Position numbers and translations under genes: made by a program. Shown here piece after piece: positions 47,321 to 57,984 of a DNA stretch of 64,000 bases; position 1 is the stretch's first letter; every line of letters starts with the position of its first letter. The notes below the pieces were generated by a model. The model did not search any database and had not been told where the DNA came from. It was given only the letters and a program-made list of their open reading frames with translations. The stretch comes from Candidatus Latescibacterota bacterium. GTDB taxonomy: Bacteria; Latescibacterota; UBA2968. The DNA is taken from contig OZ220741.1 of NCBI GenBank assembly GCA_965116885.1, positions 3,840,001 to 3,904,000 of the forward strand, written 5' to 3'.

Positions 47321-48544
47321 CTACAGAGCGGCGAAGGGCAGTGCCGTCACGCCGGGACCGAGTGGAAGATGTACGTCACCGGGATGCACGACGTATCCCG
47401 GCATCGCTGTGCTCTCCATGTCTTTTTGGAATGTCTTGAGGGCCGCGGCCATGGCAGGGCGTGGCGTAGCAGATAGCTTTACCTCTATCGGTACGAGCTT
47501 TCCACCGATCTCGATTACAAAATCTACTTCGGTTCCCGCCATCGTCCTCCAAAAGTAGATCTGCGGATCGATTCCCCGATGCGTCAATGTCCGGACGATT
47601 TCGGAGAGCACTGCCGTTTCCATGATAGCACCTCCCATGGGACCTGAGGCGGCATGCTCGGGGTCTTTGAGGCCCGCGAGGTAGCAGAGCGTGCTGACAT
47701 CTGTAAAATACACTTTTGGGGTCTTGACGAGCCGCTTCCCAACGTTCGCAAAATAAGGGCGTAGCACGATTATCTGGTAGGTGGCTTCGAGCACGGAGAG
47801 CCAGGCTTTGATTGTGTTGACCGCCACGCCGAGATCTCGGGCGACATCTGTCAGATTCAGGAGTTGGGCACTTCTGCTGGCCAGGATTCGGAGGAAATTT
47901 TGATACTGGGTCAGGTCTCCAACCTGTCGCAGCGTACGCACGTCCCGTTCGAGATAGGTCTGGATATAGCTGGCTTGCCAAAGGGATGCATCGCGGTTGG
48001 GTTGTGTCGCGAGTTCTGGGTACCCTCCCCGGAGGAAGCCCTGCCACAGTTTGCCAAAGGCGTTTGATGTTTTTAAAGGCAACGATTGCTGCTCGCGCTC
48101 CCACGGAAGGGCAAGCTGCGGACGCCCCTCCATTTCCCGTCTGGAAAGCGGCAACAGGCGAAGCATTGCCGCGCGACCTGCCAAAGATTCGGTTACTTTC
48201 TCTGCGAGCAACAAATTCTGTGAACCTGTCAATAGATATTGGCCGCTTTCGCTTCGATTCGCATCTATCCTCTCTTTGATATAGGGTAGCAACTCAGGGG
48301 CGTACTGTACCTCATCAAAGATAACAGGAGGCGGATACATTTCCAGGAAACTGCGCGGGTCTTGCAGGGCGGACGCCTGAATGTCCAGAGGCTCCAGAGA
48401 GGTATATCTGCAACGCCTGCCAAAGAGATGCTGGAGGAGTGTTGTCTTTCCAGACTGACGCGGTCCGGTCAATACGACGGCGGGAAATTCGGAAGCAGCC
48501 CTCGTGAGGATGGGTTCCAACGAACGTTTGATGTAATTTTGCAT
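47321..48544 (-). CDS. AAA_14 ATPase with DUF4143 C-terminal domain
   Basis: GPRQSGKT, FDEVQ, LTGSQ, GGYPE, KTPKVYF, EVDFV...IEVK. Confidence 0.9.
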   Translation of the reverse strand: MQNYIKRSLEPILTRAASEFPAVVLTGPRQSGKTTLLQHLFGRRCRYTSLEPLDIQASALQDPRSFLEMYPPPVIFDEVQYAPELLPYIKERIDANRSESGQYLLTGSQNLLLAEKVTESLAGRAAMLRLLPLSRREMEGRPQLALPWEREQQSLPLKTSNAFGKLWQGFLRGGYPELATQPNRDASLWQASYIQTYLERDVRTLRQVGDLTQYQNFLRILASRSAQLLNLTDVARDLGVAVNTIKAWLSVLEATYQIIVLRPYFANVGKRLVKTPKVYFTDVSTLCYLAGLKDPEHAASGPMGGAIMETAVLSEIVRTLTHRGIDPQIYFWRTMAGTEVDFVIEIGGKLVPIEVKLSATPRPAMAAALKTFQKDMESTAMPGYVVHPGDVHLPLGPGVTALPFAAL

Positions 48545-48598
48545 ATCGCGGCTTCCTATCTCCGCATCAGATTGCGTTTGTGACGGTCCTTTGGGTCG

Positions 48599-48628
48599 AT
48601 AATATGCATTCCAAATGCATATTGTCAA
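48599..48628 (-). promoter_or_regulatory. Promoter with an embedded palindromic operator upstream of the AAA-DUF4143 gene
   Basis: TTGACA-N18-TATTAT overlapping AATATGCATT-CCA-AATGCATATT. Confidence 0.6.
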
Positions 48629-48722
48629 CTTAAAACGAGACAACTTGTGATTATTTTTTGTCTGACAGATCAATTTCGGTTGTGTATTTTGTGCTGACTA
48701 CCCATAACATGAGAAATTTGAG

Positions 48723-48929
48723 ATGAGTTATCGAGAACCTCTTGTAACTGTTATTACCGCGACAAATCCCGGTTTGCTCGCGGTGATCAAATCCGTGCTC
48801 GACGATGCTGAGATCCCCTGTATCACCCGGGGCGAGGGATTTCAAACCCTGTACGCGGCGGGACATGTTGACGTGCTGGTATTTGAAAGCGATGCCGAAG
48901 AAGCCAGGGCACTGTTGAAAAATCTGTAA
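48723..48929 (+). CDS. DUF2007-like small protein
   Basis: IKSVLDDAEIPC...GE...VLVFESDAEEARALL. Confidence 0.75.
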   Translation: MSYREPLVTVITATNPGLLAVIKSVLDDAEIPCITRGEGFQTLYAAGHVDVLVFESDAEEARALLKNL

Positions 48930-48942
48930 ATAAGGATTTTAT

Positions 48943-50688
48943 ATGCAGAATATCCTGAAGTTGATGGGTTATATGCGGCCCTATTGGAAGCAGGCGACTA
49001 TCGCTCCGCTGCTGAAATTGATTGAGGTGATGCTGGAGTTGATGCATCCCCGGTTGGTGCAGCGGATTGTAGATGAGGGGATTGCCCAGGGAGATCTGGA
49101 TCTGGTGATTGAGACCGGGCTGTGGATGCTGGGTCTGGCCATTGGGGGCGTTTTATTTGGGATTGGCAATGCCTGGTTTGGCGTGTGGGTGGCGCAGCGG
49201 GTGGAGACCGATGTGCGAAGTGCGCTTTTTGGCAAAATACAGTCGCTGTCGTTTGGCAATCTGGATAAGCTGTCAACGGGGCATCTGATTACGCGGCTGA
49301 CCAATGATGTGCGGCAGGTGGGAGAGGTGGCGCGTTTGATATTGCGCATTCTGTCGCGTATGCCGATGGCGATGGTGGGCGGTCTGGTGATGGCGATTGT
49401 GACCAGTCCTCGCCTGGGGTTGATGTTTATCGGGCTGGCTCCTGTGATTCTGGGGACTCTTATTCTGGTGTTTCGAAAAGCCAATGCGATGTTTGGCGAA
49501 GTGCAGAACCGCCTGGATCGGGTGAATCAGGTGACGCAGGAAAATCTGGCAGGTGTGCGCGTGGTGAAGGCTTTTTTGAGGGCTGACCACGAGATCGAAC
49601 GGTTTGGAACGGCCAATGACAGATTGATGGAACAGACGATTCGGGTGACGCAACTGGTGGCTCTGGTGATGCCGTTTATGATGCTGCTATTGAATCTGGG
49701 CGTTGTGGGGGTGATCTGGTTTGGGGGGATTGCCGTAACCCAAGGCGGGATGAAGCTGGGTGAGATTATTGCGTTTATCAATTATCTGTTGCTTTTCTTG
49801 CAGTCTCTGATGATAGGTAGTATGGTGCTTATCCGGATGTCCCGAGCAGAGGCTTCTGCCGAGCGCATTGTCGAGGTGCTGAATAGCGAGCCCGAGTTAC
49901 AGGATCGGGCAGATGCAAAGCGGGATGTGGTATTGGAGGGGCAGGTTGCGTTTGAAAATGTGACGTTCAGCTATAATGAGACAGCGGACGATCCGGTATT
50001 GCGGAATCTGAATTTTGTCGCCGAACCGGGGCAGAAAGTGGCGATTTTGGGTTCGACAGGGGCGGGCAAGTCGTCGCTGGTGAATCTTATCCCGCGGTTT
50101 TACGATGTGGATGCAGGGCGGGTGATGGTGGATGGGATGGATGTGCGCGATGTGGATCAGGGAACACTGCGACAGCAAATCGGGATGGCGCTCCAGGAGT
50201 CGGTCCTTTTTTCGGGTACGATTCGGTACAATATTCGGTACGGGCGGCCCGATGCGACCGATGAAGAGGTTGAGGCCGCTGCCAGGGCAGCTATGGCGCA
50301 CGATTTTATTTTTCAGTTTCCGGATAAGTACGAGACGCTACTGGGGCAGCGCGGCGTGAATTTGTCGGGGGGACAGAGGCAGCGGATAGCGATAGCCCGG
50401 GCGTTGATCTCCCGGCCAAAGGTGTTGATTTTAGACGATAGTACCAGTGCGGTAGATCTGGAGACAGAGGCCAGGATCCACGATGCGCTCGAACAGATGG
50501 CCGGGTGTACGAGTTTTCTGGTGGCGCAGCGCATCAGTACGGTGTTGAAGGCAGATAAGATTCTGGTGCTGGACGATGGGATACTGGTTGCCGAGGGCAC
50601 GCACCAGGAGTTGATGGCGTCCAGTTCAGTATATCAGGAGATTTACGATTCACAACTCGGAGAGGGAAACGGATATGGCGGAAGTTGA
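48943..50688 (+). CDS. Heterodimeric ABC exporter subunit A
   Basis: GSTGAGKS, LSGGQRQR, degenerate ILDDSTS. Confidence 0.92.
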   Translation: MQNILKLMGYMRPYWKQATIAPLLKLIEVMLELMHPRLVQRIVDEGIAQGDLDLVIETGLWMLGLAIGGVLFGIGNAWFGVWVAQRVETDVRSALFGKIQSLSFGNLDKLSTGHLITRLTNDVRQVGEVARLILRILSRMPMAMVGGLVMAIVTSPRLGLMFIGLAPVILGTLILVFRKANAMFGEVQNRLDRVNQVTQENLAGVRVVKAFLRADHEIERFGTANDRLMEQTIRVTQLVALVMPFMMLLLNLGVVGVIWFGGIAVTQGGMKLGEIIAFINYLLLFLQSLMIGSMVLIRMSRAEASAERIVEVLNSEPELQDRADAKRDVVLEGQVAFENVTFSYNETADDPVLRNLNFVAEPGQKVAILGSTGAGKSSLVNLIPRFYDVDAGRVMVDGMDVRDVDQGTLRQQIGMALQESVLFSGTIRYNIRYGRPDATDEEVEAAARAAMAHDFIFQFPDKYETLLGQRGVNLSGGQRQRIAIARALISRPKVLILDDSTSAVDLETEARIHDALEQMAGCTSFLVAQRISTVLKADKILVLDDGILVAEGTHQELMASSSVYQEIYDSQLGEGNGYGGS

Positions 50689-52522
50689 TCGACAGCGCGA
50701 CGGTGAACAGCGAGGTCCGGGCGGAATGATGATGGGGGGGCGCCGCCGGATGATGATGGGAGATGACGAGCGGGCGCGAGATATTCGGGGAACTACCCGC
50801 CGTTTGCTGGGGTATATGAGGCGCTACAGGGGGACTTTGGTCGGGGTGATAGGGTTGGTGGTGATCACAACGGGGTTGGAGGTGGCAGGTCCGTATTTGA
50901 TGGCGCGTGCGATTGATGAGTATATCGCCTATAGCGACTTGCCGGGACTTTTCCAAATTACCCTGTTGTTGGCGGGGGTATATGTGGCGATGGCACTGAC
51001 GACCTGGCTACAGACGTTTATTATGGCGCGGGTATCTCAAAGCTCTGTGCGAGATTTGAGACAGGATATCTTTAATCATTTGCAGGTGCTTCCGCTGCGG
51101 TTCTTCGACCGGCGTGCCAGTGGTGATATCATGAGCCGGGTGACCAACGATGTGGATAATATCAGCAGTGTGTTGTCGGAGAGTGTGACGCAATTGATTA
51201 ATAGCGTGTTGACCCTGGTAGGCGTGTCGGCCATGATGTTCTGGATGGATTGGCCGCTGGCGTTGATTAGTTTGCTTACCTTTCCGCTGATGACGTCTTT
51301 GACCGGGCAGGTCGCCAAACGCGCGCGACGAGGATTTCGAGAGCAGCAGGCGGCATTGGGTGCGCTCAATGGGATGATTGAGGAGACGATTGCAGCGGAA
51401 CAGGTGGTGAAAGCTTATGGCCGCGAACAGGCGTCGATTGAGGCGTTTGAAAAGTTCAATAACAGGTTGAAATACGCCGGTACGCGCGCGCAGTTTTTCG
51501 GGACGCTGATGCCGCCTTTGACGTTTTTTATCAACAATATGGGTCTGGTGATTGTGGCTTTTGCGGGTGGCTATATGGCGATTCAGGGCGATGTGACAAT
51601 CGGTGTGATTGCCGCTTTTATCAGTTATGTGCGGCAGTTTGGACGACCTTTGGGGCAGGTTGCCAATTTGTACAATTCGATACAGTCTGCACTGGCCGGG
51701 GCAGAGCGGGTTTTTGAGACTATTGACGAGTTTCCCGAAGTGCCCGATATGCCAGATGCGGTCGCGTTAGAACAGGTTCGGGGCGATGTGGTTTTTGATC
51801 GGGTGTGTTTTGGGTATGAAAAAGATGTGCCGGTGCTCAAAGAGGTGAGTTTGCACGCCAGGCCGGGTGAGAAGATTGCGCTGGTAGGGCCGACGGGAGC
51901 GGGGAAGACGACCATTGTGAATTTGCTGACCCGGTTTTACGATATCGATAGTGGGGCGATCTATATCGACGGCCATGATATTCGGCAGGTGAAACGGGGA
52001 GCGTTGCGGCGGAAACTGGGTATTGTGTTGCAGGATACTTTTTTGCTGTCTGATACTGTGCGGGAAAATATCCTTTATGGGAGGCTCGATGCTTCGGATG
52101 AGGAGGTGGTTGATGCGGCCAAATTGGCCAATGCAGATCCCTTTATTCACCGTTTGCCCCAGGGCTATGATACGGTGCTTTCGGAACGCGGCGGCAATTT
52201 GAGCCAGGGACAGCGGCAGATGCTGGCCATTGCGAGAGCCGCGCTGGCCGATCCGTCGATTCTCATTTTAGATGAGGCGACGTCCAGTGTGGATACGCGG
52301 ACGGAAATGCGGATTCAACAGGCGCTTTTAAGGCTGATGGAGGGGCGAACGAGCTTTATTATTGCCCACCGGTTGAGTACGATTCGCAATGTGGATGAGA
52401 TTCTGGTTATTGATGACGGGCAGATTATTGAGCGCGGGTCGCATCGGGCGTTGTTGGAGGCGGAGGGATTTTATTACAATTTGTATATGAGTCAGTTCAA
52501 GGGAGAGGTCACTTTTGTTTAG
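50675..52522 (+). CDS. Heterodimeric ABC exporter subunit B
   Basis: GPTGAGKT, LSQGQRQ, ILDEATS. Confidence 0.92.
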   Translation: MAEVDRQRDGEQRGPGGMMMGGRRRMMMGDDERARDIRGTTRRLLGYMRRYRGTLVGVIGLVVITTGLEVAGPYLMARAIDEYIAYSDLPGLFQITLLLAGVYVAMALTTWLQTFIMARVSQSSVRDLRQDIFNHLQVLPLRFFDRRASGDIMSRVTNDVDNISSVLSESVTQLINSVLTLVGVSAMMFWMDWPLALISLLTFPLMTSLTGQVAKRARRGFREQQAALGALNGMIEETIAAEQVVKAYGREQASIEAFEKFNNRLKYAGTRAQFFGTLMPPLTFFINNMGLVIVAFAGGYMAIQGDVTIGVIAAFISYVRQFGRPLGQVANLYNSIQSALAGAERVFETIDEFPEVPDMPDAVALEQVRGDVVFDRVCFGYEKDVPVLKEVSLHARPGEKIALVGPTGAGKTTIVNLLTRFYDIDSGAIYIDGHDIRQVKRGALRRKLGIVLQDTFLLSDTVRENILYGRLDASDEEVVDAAKLANADPFIHRLPQGYDTVLSERGGNLSQGQRQMLAIARAALADPSILILDEATSSVDTRTEMRIQQALLRLMEGRTSFIIAHRLSTIRNVDEILVIDDGQIIERGSHRALLEAEGFYYNLYMSQFKGEVTFV

Positions 52523-52534
52523 GATGGAGGAAAA

Positions 52535-53266
52535 ATGTCCTATCATCTGACGCCAGAAGATGTGCGGTTTTTTCACGACGAGGGGTATCTCGGGCCTTAT
52601 GTGATGCATTCGCCGGAAGAAATGGATCAGATTCGGCCTGTTGTCGAGCGTGAAATTTTTGAAGCCGAAGGTCCGTTTCACGTCAGTCGGCAAAAATCGC
52701 GGCATCTCGACAACCGAACGATTTACGATCTGTGTACACATCCGACAATTATGGATCGGATAGAAGGCATCCTCGGTCCGGATATCGTGCTCTGGCAGTC
52801 CAACTTTTTTAACAAACCCCCCGGTGCCAAAGAAATTCCCTGGCATCAGGATATGAATTTCTGGTCCACCGAAATAGAACCGGGTATCAATGTTTCTGCC
52901 TGGTTAGCCATTGACGATACAGATGTCACCAATAGTTGTGTGCAACTCATGCCGGGGTCGCACCGAAAGATGATTCCGCACATAAAAGCAACACCTGAAC
53001 AGGCTTTTCGCCAACAGGGCGATCCCGATCACATCGGTGTTGACCCGGATCGCGTTGTGAAAATGAAAATGAAAGCCGGACAATTTTTTCTTTTTACCGA
53101 GCGCATGCTCCACTACTCAGCAGCCAACACGTCTGATCGACGACGCCTGGGATTGGCGATACGCATTACCATTCCGATTGTGCGCTGTTACAAAAGGCAT
53201 CACGTTCATCTGGTGCGCGGTGAGGATCGGATGGGGTTTAATGTGTATGGAGACGCGCCTGAATGA
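52535..53266 (+). CDS. PhyH family protein
   Basis: PWHQD, MPGSH, LHYSAANTSDRRR. Confidence 0.88.
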   Translation: MSYHLTPEDVRFFHDEGYLGPYVMHSPEEMDQIRPVVEREIFEAEGPFHVSRQKSRHLDNRTIYDLCTHPTIMDRIEGILGPDIVLWQSNFFNKPPGAKEIPWHQDMNFWSTEIEPGINVSAWLAIDDTDVTNSCVQLMPGSHRKMIPHIKATPEQAFRQQGDPDHIGVDPDRVVKMKMKAGQFFLFTERMLHYSAANTSDRRRLGLAIRITIPIVRCYKRHHVHLVRGEDRMGFNVYGDAPE

Positions 53267-53307
53267 TCGGGATTACTAAAGGACAATATCGAAAACGGTG
53301 AAAACTT

Positions 53308-54315
53308 ATGAAAAAAGCCATACTCCACGGTCCGCGAGACCTTCGCATTGAAGAGCATCCTCTTGATACGAGCGCGCTTGATGCTGATGAGGTCTGGGTT
53401 GAGACGCAGATCAGTGCGTTTAAGATCGGGACAGATCGGGGCAATTTTGAAGGTGCTGATCGCGTACCGGGTGCGCCGGACTATCCGCGATTCGTTGGCG
53501 ATAGCAATCTGGGTATTGTTCGCGGTATTGGTGCCGGGGTCACGCGCTTTGAGGTCGGTGATCGCGTTGTGGCCACTCAGCCTCACCAGTCTGAATACAT
53601 CATAAACCAGTTTGGTGACATCTTCAAAATACCCCCTGATGCCGATGATGAAGATGCTGTGTATGCACATCTCTATGCACTCAGCGCACATTGTTATCAC
53701 AAAGCATTATTTAGACCCGGCGAAAATGTCGCTGTTGTTGGTCTGGGTGTTCTCGGTCTGGGGGCAGTCGCTTTGGGGCCTCTGTTTGGTGCCCGCGTCG
53801 TTGGGCTTGGAAATAGTTCCATCAGGTTAGATATGGCAAAGCGCATGGGTGCTCACGCGGCTTATTTATCAGACGATCCAGGCCTTGAAGCAAAACTCGA
53901 CGCTTTTACAAATGGAAGAGGTATTGACCTGGTTATTCTCACGGCGAATCCCTGGCCGGCTTTCAGAACATCTGTTGAAATTGTGAGGCCAAATGGTCGG
54001 GTCTCTATTGTCAGCCTTATGGGACGAGGCGAACCACCGCTCGATTTTAATCCTCTGGCAATGGAATGGTTTTACGCCAAGGGGATATCTCTGATTGCCG
54101 TGCATGGAGAAGATGCCCAATTATATCCGCATGCCGATGCTTCGGGCCATTTGGGTCATTGCGATCACGTTCTTGCTCTTATGGCAGAAAAAAAACTTCA
54201 GCCCAGCCGTCTAATTACGCACCGTTTGCATTATACGGAAATGGTTCAGGCTTATGAAATGGCATACGCGCGTGAAAAATCTATGCTGGGTGTCATATTT
54301 AACTGGCGGGAATAG
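53308..54315 (+). CDS. MDR-family dehydrogenase
   Basis: GDRVV, VGLGVLG, LITHR. Confidence 0.85.
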   Translation: MKKAILHGPRDLRIEEHPLDTSALDADEVWVETQISAFKIGTDRGNFEGADRVPGAPDYPRFVGDSNLGIVRGIGAGVTRFEVGDRVVATQPHQSEYIINQFGDIFKIPPDADDEDAVYAHLYALSAHCYHKALFRPGENVAVVGLGVLGLGAVALGPLFGARVVGLGNSSIRLDMAKRMGAHAAYLSDDPGLEAKLDAFTNGRGIDLVILTANPWPAFRTSVEIVRPNGRVSIVSLMGRGEPPLDFNPLAMEWFYAKGISLIAVHGEDAQLYPHADASGHLGHCDHVLALMAEKKLQPSRLITHRLHYTEMVQAYEMAYAREKSMLGVIFNWRE

Positions 54316-54317
54316 CC

Positions 54318-55649
54318 ATGTCACACGATGTCACGAGATCGTTAGAACTGTATGAGAAAGCGGGAGAACGCATTCCGGGGTGGACACAGCTCATCAGCCG
54401 GAGAGCTGACCGGGTAGCAAATGGGGTTAGTCCTCTCTATGTCGCGCGATCAAAAGGCGCGCGATTTGTCGATGTTGATGGCAACGAGTATATCGATTGG
54501 ATCCGCGCTTTGGGGGCTATTATTTTGGGTTATGCAGATCCCGTTGTCGATGGCGCTGTAAAAAAGCAGATCGATCTGGGCAGCCTGCATTCCATGAATA
54601 GTGCGCTCGAAATTGAACTGGCGGATGAGTTGATCAATACCATACCGAGTGCTGAAATGGTGCGCTATACAAAGGGGGGAGGGGAAGCCTGTGCGGTGGC
54701 TGCGCGTATTGCTCGGGGTACGACCAATCGAGATGTCATTCTTTTTTGCGGTTATCACGGGTGGCACGATTGGTATCAATCGGCAAATTATCTCGTCGAT
54801 CCCGAGAGTGGCGAATATCCCTTTGCCGGTATTGAGCCGATTGGCGTGCCGCGTGCGCTGGCGGGAACGGCGATTCCATTTACCTATGGTGATCTCGACA
54901 TGCTCGGTCGTTTGTTGACCGAATATCAGAGCGAGGTCGCCGCGGTTATGATGGAACCCGCCCGGTCTGAGTGGCCCGAACAGGGGTATCTCGAAGGGGT
55001 CAAAGAACTCGCTCGCAGGCATGGCGCTTTGCTCGTCTTCGACGAAGTCTCCTGTGGCTGGCGCGAGTCTCTTGGCGGTATGCAGAAGTATCTGGGCGTT
55101 ACGCCAGATATCACGGTGATTGCCAAAGGCATGTCCAATGGGTATCCGATGGGGGCTGTTGTTGGATCGCGCGAGGCGATGGAACCCGCCAAAGCGATGT
55201 TTATTTCCAGTTCGTATTGGAGCGATAATATCGGTCCTGTTGCATCACTTACGACCATCCGCGAACTCAAAAGGCGAGATAGCGAGACACACCTATCCGA
55301 AATGGGCCAAAAAGTAGCCAGAGCAATTGACGATGCCGTCTCGTCTGCTGGTCTTTCGGGATCTTGCAAAGGGTTTCCCGCAACGCCTAATCTGGTGCTC
55401 GATTTGCCCGATGAGGCATTGCGCGGCAAGGTTCAGACGCTTTTTATTCAGGAGATGGCCCGTCGGGGCGTGCATTGTTACATGGGGTTTGGGCCTACGC
55501 TTGCACATACCGAAGAAGATGTGCGTATTACTGCTGATGCGGTTGAAGCCTCTTTGCGCGTTATCAAACAGGGGCTTGAAAATGATTCTATCGATGATCT
55601 GCTCATTTGCGATCTGCACTCGGAACCCTTCCGCCGGATTGTTCGATAA
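54318..55649 (+). CDS. Class III aminotransferase (glutamate-1-semialdehyde aminomutase-like)
   Basis: DVDGNEYID, GYHGWHD, FDEV, AKGMSNG. Confidence 0.88.
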   Translation: MSHDVTRSLELYEKAGERIPGWTQLISRRADRVANGVSPLYVARSKGARFVDVDGNEYIDWIRALGAIILGYADPVVDGAVKKQIDLGSLHSMNSALEIELADELINTIPSAEMVRYTKGGGEACAVAARIARGTTNRDVILFCGYHGWHDWYQSANYLVDPESGEYPFAGIEPIGVPRALAGTAIPFTYGDLDMLGRLLTEYQSEVAAVMMEPARSEWPEQGYLEGVKELARRHGALLVFDEVSCGWRESLGGMQKYLGVTPDITVIAKGMSNGYPMGAVVGSREAMEPAKAMFISSSYWSDNIGPVASLTTIRELKRRDSETHLSEMGQKVARAIDDAVSSAGLSGSCKGFPATPNLVLDLPDEALRGKVQTLFIQEMARRGVHCYMGFGPTLAHTEEDVRITADAVEASLRVIKQGLENDSIDDLLICDLHSEPFRRIVR

Positions 55650-55659
55650 AGGAGAAAAA

Positions 55660-57957
55660 ATGGCATTGACAATTGACGAAAGACCTGCGGGACCGGGAGA
55701 ATGGGGATTTAGACCGGAAAATGTGACGACAGAGGAGACACCGCCGGCATTTGTGTGGCGCCCGCAGGAGAATGCTGCGAGCTATGATATCCAGTGTGCG
55801 CGGGTCGCGGATTTTTCAAAGGTCGCATACGAGGCGAGGGGCGTGACATATACGGTTCACCGCGCAGCAGAGGTGTTTGAATCGGGACAGTGGTACTGGC
55901 GGTTCCGATTTGTCGATGGGTGTGGAAAGGTGTCTGATTGGAGTTCGGGACGCGCTTTTGTGATTGACGAGAATGCAAATGCATTGCCCTTGCCCAAACG
56001 CGGTGAATTGATTGGGCGCATCCCAAAGCGCCATCCGCGTCTGTTTGTGCGTCCAGAGGACCTGGATGGCTTGCGCGCACGGGCACGAGGCGATCTGAAA
56101 CCGATTTACGACGATCTGGTCGCAACATGCGAAGATATTTTGGCCGATATGCCATCTACTAAGGAACCGCCCTTGTATCCCGAGGGGACGGTTGTTCTGA
56201 GTGAGGAGTGGCGGGAGATCTGGTGGGGAAATCGGATGTACACGATTCGCGTGTTAAATAGCGCGGCGACGCTGGCTTTTACGCGGCTTTTGGGTGGACA
56301 GGATCACTACGGCGAGAAGGCGAAAGAACTGCTGCTGGCGTGTGCCAGATGGGATCCCCTGGGGGCGACCGGGTATCGATATAATGATGAAGCGGGTATG
56401 CCCTACAATTACTATTTTTGTCGCACCTATACGTTTGTGAACGATTTGTTGAGCGAAGAAGAGCGCGAGATATGCCGCGCGGTGATGAAGGTGCAGGGGC
56501 AGGAGATGTACGATCATCTGGCGATTCAGATGCGCTATTTGTGGCATCCTTATGGCAGCCATGCCGGTCGCGCCTGGCATTTTTTAGGTGAGATTGGCGT
56601 GGCGTTTTTGGATGAGATTCCCGAGGCAGAGGAGTGGGTGTGGTTCGCTATGAATGTGTTTGGGGCCGTGTATCCCGCGTGGTGCGATGAGGATGGGGGG
56701 TGGCACCAGGGATTGCAATACTGGGACAGTTATGTTCAGCGCTTTACGTGGTGGGCAGATATCATGCAGGCAGCAATGGGGATTGATGCGTATTGCAAAC
56801 CGTATTTTGCACGCGCTGGCGATTATCCGATGTATTTTCAGCCTCCCGGTACGCGAGGGGGTGGCGTGGGCGATTTGACGACGACGAGAACATCGGATCA
56901 GAATTGCAGTTTGATGCGTACGCTGGCGGCTCAGGCGCGCAATCCATACTGGAAGTGGTATGTGGATATGCACCCTGAGACAGTGAAAGAAAAGACGAGC
57001 GCGCGCCGGTTGGATGCCGTGGGTGCCGGGCGGTCGCTCTATATCGATTTTGTGCGGGGAGCATTGCCAGAAGTACACGCAAAAGCACCGGTGGATTTGC
57101 CTTCTTCAAAATGTTTTCGCGGTACGGGGTTGGTGGCGATGAATTCGGATTTGACGGATGGGAAAAACAATGTGTCGGTCATTTTTAAGAGCAGTCCATT
57201 GGGGTCGCAGAGTCACGGTTTTGACGCGCAAAATTCATTTTCGCTATTTGCTTTTGGCGAGCGTTTGTTGATTCACACGGGGCAGCGCGATATTCACGGC
57301 AGTGACCACCACAAGAACTGGATGCACCATACAAGATCAACCAATTGCATTGGGGTAAACGGCGAGAGTCAGCTGCGCAACCAGGCTGCGGCAATGGGTG
57401 AAATTCTGGATTTTCAAACGTCGGATGTATTTGATTATGTGGCTGGCGAAGCCGCCCCGGCATACGGGGGAATGCTGAAGAAATTTACGCGGCAGATTTT
57501 GTTTGCAAAGCCCGATGTGGTGGTAATTTGCGATACGGTGGTGGCACAAGAGTCTTCGATATTTCAGTATTATTTGCACGCTGAAACAGAAATGGATATC
57601 GAGGGGCAGACGCTAAAAATCACAACGGGTGATGCGGGCTGTGTGGTGTCTCTGCTGCATCCGACAAATTTGAAAATCAGTCAGACCGATCAGTTTGATC
57701 CACCGCCGAGGGAGCGCGTTCAACTCAGAGAATATCATGTGACAGCAGAAACGGTGATACCGCGTGAAGATGCGGCATTTATTGCGGTATTGCGACCGCA
57801 CAGAACGGGAGATGCGCCCGAAGGTGATCCGGTGCTGATGGATGATGGAACGCTGATGGTGCCGTTGCCCAATGGCGAGTTGAAGGTTTGGGTGGGAGAT
57901 ACATTGCGCGCGGAAAAAAGGGATCAGAACGGTGTTTTAGTAGCAACGTCAGGTTGA
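55660..57957 (+). CDS. DUF4962/heparinase II-III-like polysaccharide lyase
   Basis: N-terminal PPAFVW...WYWR, HPRL, DGGWHQG, SHGFDAQNSF, HTRSTNCIGVNG; GGAGA RBS. Confidence 0.75.
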   Translation: MALTIDERPAGPGEWGFRPENVTTEETPPAFVWRPQENAASYDIQCARVADFSKVAYEARGVTYTVHRAAEVFESGQWYWRFRFVDGCGKVSDWSSGRAFVIDENANALPLPKRGELIGRIPKRHPRLFVRPEDLDGLRARARGDLKPIYDDLVATCEDILADMPSTKEPPLYPEGTVVLSEEWREIWWGNRMYTIRVLNSAATLAFTRLLGGQDHYGEKAKELLLACARWDPLGATGYRYNDEAGMPYNYYFCRTYTFVNDLLSEEEREICRAVMKVQGQEMYDHLAIQMRYLWHPYGSHAGRAWHFLGEIGVAFLDEIPEAEEWVWFAMNVFGAVYPAWCDEDGGWHQGLQYWDSYVQRFTWWADIMQAAMGIDAYCKPYFARAGDYPMYFQPPGTRGGGVGDLTTTRTSDQNCSLMRTLAAQARNPYWKWYVDMHPETVKEKTSARRLDAVGAGRSLYIDFVRGALPEVHAKAPVDLPSSKCFRGTGLVAMNSDLTDGKNNVSVIFKSSPLGSQSHGFDAQNSFSLFAFGERLLIHTGQRDIHGSDHHKNWMHHTRSTNCIGVNGESQLRNQAAAMGEILDFQTSDVFDYVAGEAAPAYGGMLKKFTRQILFAKPDVVVICDTVVAQESSIFQYYLHAETEMDIEGQTLKITTGDAGCVVSLLHPTNLKISQTDQFDPPPRERVQLREYHVTAETVIPREDAAFIAVLRPHRTGDAPEGDPVLMDDGTLMVPLPNGELKVWVGDTLRAEKRDQNGVLVATSG

Positions 57958-57984
57958 ATCTGATCCCACGAGAGGTGTTCGGAG

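Noticed and set aside
55327..55659. N-terminal 111-aa extension of the lyase ORF
   Set aside because: Overlaps the aminotransferase; a clear RBS precedes ATG 55660.
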